Assembly (NCBI GenBank): GCA_001275005.1
Contig: JWZX01003324.1
Span: 1-43,614, forward strand
DNA from: Chrysochromulina tobinii
Taxonomy: Eukaryota
DNA: 43,614 nucleotides
Direction of reading: 5' to 3'
Under the pieces are notes generated by a model. It was not told the DNA's origin, did no database searches, and saw only the letters and a program-made list of their open reading frames with translations. Every line of letters starts with the position of its first letter. Positions within the stretch are counted from its first letter, which is position 1. Shown here in pieces: positions 40,613-43,614 of the stretch. The position numbers and the translations under genes are program-made.

Positions 40613-43101
40613 ATGAACACCTGGGTAGAGACGGGCTACATGAGTGAGCCCGCGCCCTCAGAGCCCAAGGGGAAGGCGCGTAAGGAGGCCAAGGCGGGCA
40701 AGGCGGGCAAGGCAATCAAAGAGGCGAAGGAGTCAAATGAGCCAAAGGAGCCAAAGGAGCCAAAGGTCCCGAAGGCCCCAAAGGAGTCCGGTGCATCCAA
40801 GCGCACAGCAGGCGGCGGCGGCGGCGGCTCTTCCAAGCGCAAAAAGGGTGACGATGCCGACGAAGACATAATGCGAGCAGGCACGCCCGATGTCGATGAG
40901 GACGTCGATCTCGTTTCACGCACCAACCCAGCAATCGGCGCCGCGGTGGTTGTCATCCACCCGGGCTCGACGAGCTTGCGCATTGGCCTCGGCGAGGCGC
41001 TCACGCCACGCGTGATCCCGCACTGCATCGCCTACCGCCGCAAGGCCGTTTCTGCGCCGAGCAGCGCCAGGAGCGACGGCAGCGGCACGGCCATCGCGCA
41101 GCGTCTGGAGAGCTCGCTCGCGCCACTCGCACGCCAGCTGCGCCTTGGCGTGCAGTTCGTGGGTGAGGATTATCCACCCGTGGCGCCGAGCGCGCGCGCC
41201 CTTCCGCCATCGCGCCCACACGCATTCCTCGATGCGGCACCGAAGACGGCCGCCGCGGTTGCGGCCGCCGTCTCGACTGCAGCCGCGGCCGTGGCGGCGA
41301 GTGCGTCGGCCGCGCGCGCGCACGCCAAGATCAGCGTCGTTGGCGAGGACCCACCGCCACCGTCGTTTCTGGTTGGTGAGGCGGCACTGCTCGCGGCGCA
41401 CGCGGAGCCTGACGTGTGGGAAGTTGTCTACCCGCTCGCGTGGGGTGCGCTCAACACGCATGGTACCGGCCTGTCGGAGCGGGCGCTCTACTCGGCCATC
41501 GAGCAGATCTGGCGCTGCGCCATCTGCGGCGGCGGTGGCGAGCCAGGTTTAGATGTGCGGCCCGCCGCGCTCGCGGGCACGTGTGCCGTGCTCGCGCTTC
41601 CCGATCTCTTCGACCGCCGTATGGGTGCCGAGCTGCTGCAGCTGCTCCTCGCGCCATCGGGGCTCGGTCTCAAGGCGGCGCTCGTGCATGAAGAGGCGGC
41701 GTGCGCTGCCTTCGGCGCGGGCGTCGGCTCCGCATGCGTGGTGGATGTGGGGAACCAGCGTGCCTCGGTACGCTGCTCCTGACGGCGCTCATGGCCCGTC
41801 TGAGTGCCGCCGAGGCCAACTGAGTGTCCCTCCCAGTGCTTCCGATGGCCTCTGATGACCCCTCCGAATTCCTTCCGAATTCCTCTGATGACTTCCTGAT
41901 GACTTCCTGATGACTTCCTTAATGACCCCTCCGAATTCCTTCTCTTCTGACGAAGTCCTTCCTTCTGCGCTTACCCTTGCAGGTGTGCTGCATCGATGAG
42001 GGCATGCCCATGCCCGGGTGCCGCCAGATTTTGAGCTATGGTGCCGCCGACATGGACGTATTCCTGCACACGTTGCTCCATCGGCACCGGCTGACGCCCT
42101 CGTTGCCCACGGCGCTCGCGGCAGCGCCGTCATACCGTCCCGCCGTAGCGACGCAGTACGCGCTGCGCGCGCTGCGTCACGGCGGCTGCTCGCTCTTGCT
42201 CAATCACGATCCGCAGGAGACGCCGAGTGTCGACCTGCCCAATAGCGGGCTGGCACTCGGCGCGGCCCCGGTGCCCGAGGCCGCCGCCGCCTACGCGCGC
42301 GCGGCCGCCACGGCGCTCGCCACCGCGACGAGCGCCGACGCCGCGCGCAAGGCCGTCGGTGATGCGGCAGATGCAGTGGCCGCGCTCGCGCCTGTCTTTA
42401 ACGAGGGTGCTTTCGCGCCAACGGCCGTTCGCGTACAGCTTGGCTCTCTCGGGCAGCTACCGCCGCTCTTGCTCTTTGCGCCGTCGGTGGCGTGGGCGCT
42501 GCAACGTGCGGTGGGCTTCGAACGGCCGCACGGCGCGACATCCGTAGGCACGCAGGTGGACCATTCCGACGTGTTCGACGATGAATTCCTCAACGAGAGT
42601 GCTCTTGAGCGCGCACTCCCCGCCGGGATGACGCCCGCCCAGCCAAAAGAGACTTTCGTGGGCGCCGCCAACTTTGCGCCGTCGCTCACCTCACTCGGCG
42701 CTCGCCACTCGCGCGGGCTGACGCCCGAGGCATTCCTTGGGTACATGCCGCTCGACGAAGCGATCGTGCGCGCCGTCGAGCGCGGCAAGTCGACTGAGGT
42801 CAAGCGTCGGTTATACGGGACCATCCTTCTGATCGGAGGCGCTGCGCACACCCCCGGGCTGGCAGAATACCTCGAGTGGCGTGTGGCGTGCGGCTGGAAG
42901 CTCGCCGAGGACTCGACCGAGGGCATCGAGCGCATCGAGGTGACGAAACTGCCCCTTGGCACCGACCCCGAGTCCCTCGCGTGGCACGGCGCCGCGACGC
43001 TGCCAGAGCTCGAGAGCGGCCCAGCCCTGTGGATCCTGCGCGAAGAATGGATGCAGCGCGGCGCCCTCGCCGCGCGGGAGGTGTGCGCCTTCTCGTGGTG
43101 A
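40613..43101 (+). CDS. ARP8: Actin-related protein 8 (INO80 subunit); exons 40613-41767 and 41983-43101
   Basis: ARP8-type VVVIHPGSTSLRIG...IPHCIAYRR, VLALPDLFDR, HEEAACAAFGAGVGSACVVDVG, VCCIDEG, ILLIGG, LAWHGA, LWILREEW. K/E/P-rich NLS-like N-terminus. Alternative ATG at 40640. Confidence 0.85.
41768..41982 (+). other. Spliceosomal intron of ARP8 (215 bp, phase 0)
   Basis: gcctcg|gtacgc...cttgcag|gtgtgc. Internal ctgatgacttc and tccgaattcct repeats. Confidence 0.9.
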
Positions 43102-43614
43102 TGTCGGGGCGAGGCATTCTCGACGCCACTGGCTCTCTGATCTACTCTGGCGCCTGCTTGGCGCCTGGGTACCCAGTCGACTGCGGCTGTGCGAGCAGAG
43201 GCTCCGGCTCTCTACGACGCGCCGGATGCGCGGCGTCGCGACAAGCGCCAAGGGTCAATCGGAAATCCACGTGTGCTCGTGTGGGGCGCGGCGAGATGGG
43301 GTAACTCGAGTGCCGCAACTTCCGACGAGGATCATCGCAGCCACTTATCAATCCGACATCGTATCGCCTACGGGATGATTTTTCCTAAGGAATCGCGGGA
43401 ATCCGCACAACCCGCGAGCGGTTTTGTATTTGCGTTCACAGCACGCAGCGGTGAGCGGAGGCCGGGAGGCCGGAGCGGCACCGTGGCACTGCACGGACGA
43501 GGGAAATGTATTACGAACAAGACGCGGGTGACGTGTTGCACGCCGGTGTGAAACGAGATCCGACAAAATTTTCGAACTCCCGCAATGCGGGACCCCACTC
43601 GACTTTTCTCGCGG

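Noticed and set aside
43102..43614. RNA gene or element end in the terminal region (small hairpin cccgcaatgcggg)
   Set aside because: No tRNA or snRNA signature, and too little context at the window edge.

Overview
GC-rich, gene-dense eukaryotic nuclear DNA with short GT-AG introns. It is most consistent with a haptophyte alga (Chrysochromulina-like); this is inferred from intron repeats, plastid-type presequences and gene content. About 16 protein-coding genes are present: an ARM-like protein, type-B carboxylesterase, polytopic membrane protein with Tudor/SH3-like repeats and a HET (TIR-like) domain, coiled-coil protein, Tic22-like protein, small plastid-type orphan, fatty acid photodecarboxylase (FAP)-like GMC flavoenzyme, myosin-PDZ-multi-PH protein, M41-like pseudoprotease, DNA topoisomerase II, J-domain protein, small 3-exon orphan, kynurenine-type aminotransferase, signal-peptide NPL4, YAK1/DYRK kinase and ARP8. 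The most notable items are (1) a FAP-like photoenzyme that keeps the FAP catalytic signature but has an N-terminal membrane anchor and a ~220-aa inserted domain, (2) an intronless ~8-TM receptor-like protein joining three Tudor-like repeats to a HET-type effector domain (candidate algal immunity or cell-death system), (3) a myosin with PDZ plus eight PH domains and an apparent 1-bp frameshift, and (4) introns whose 5' ends duplicate the start of the next exon. No rRNA, tRNA or CRISPR array was seen. Family assignments rest on recalled motifs, not database searches.
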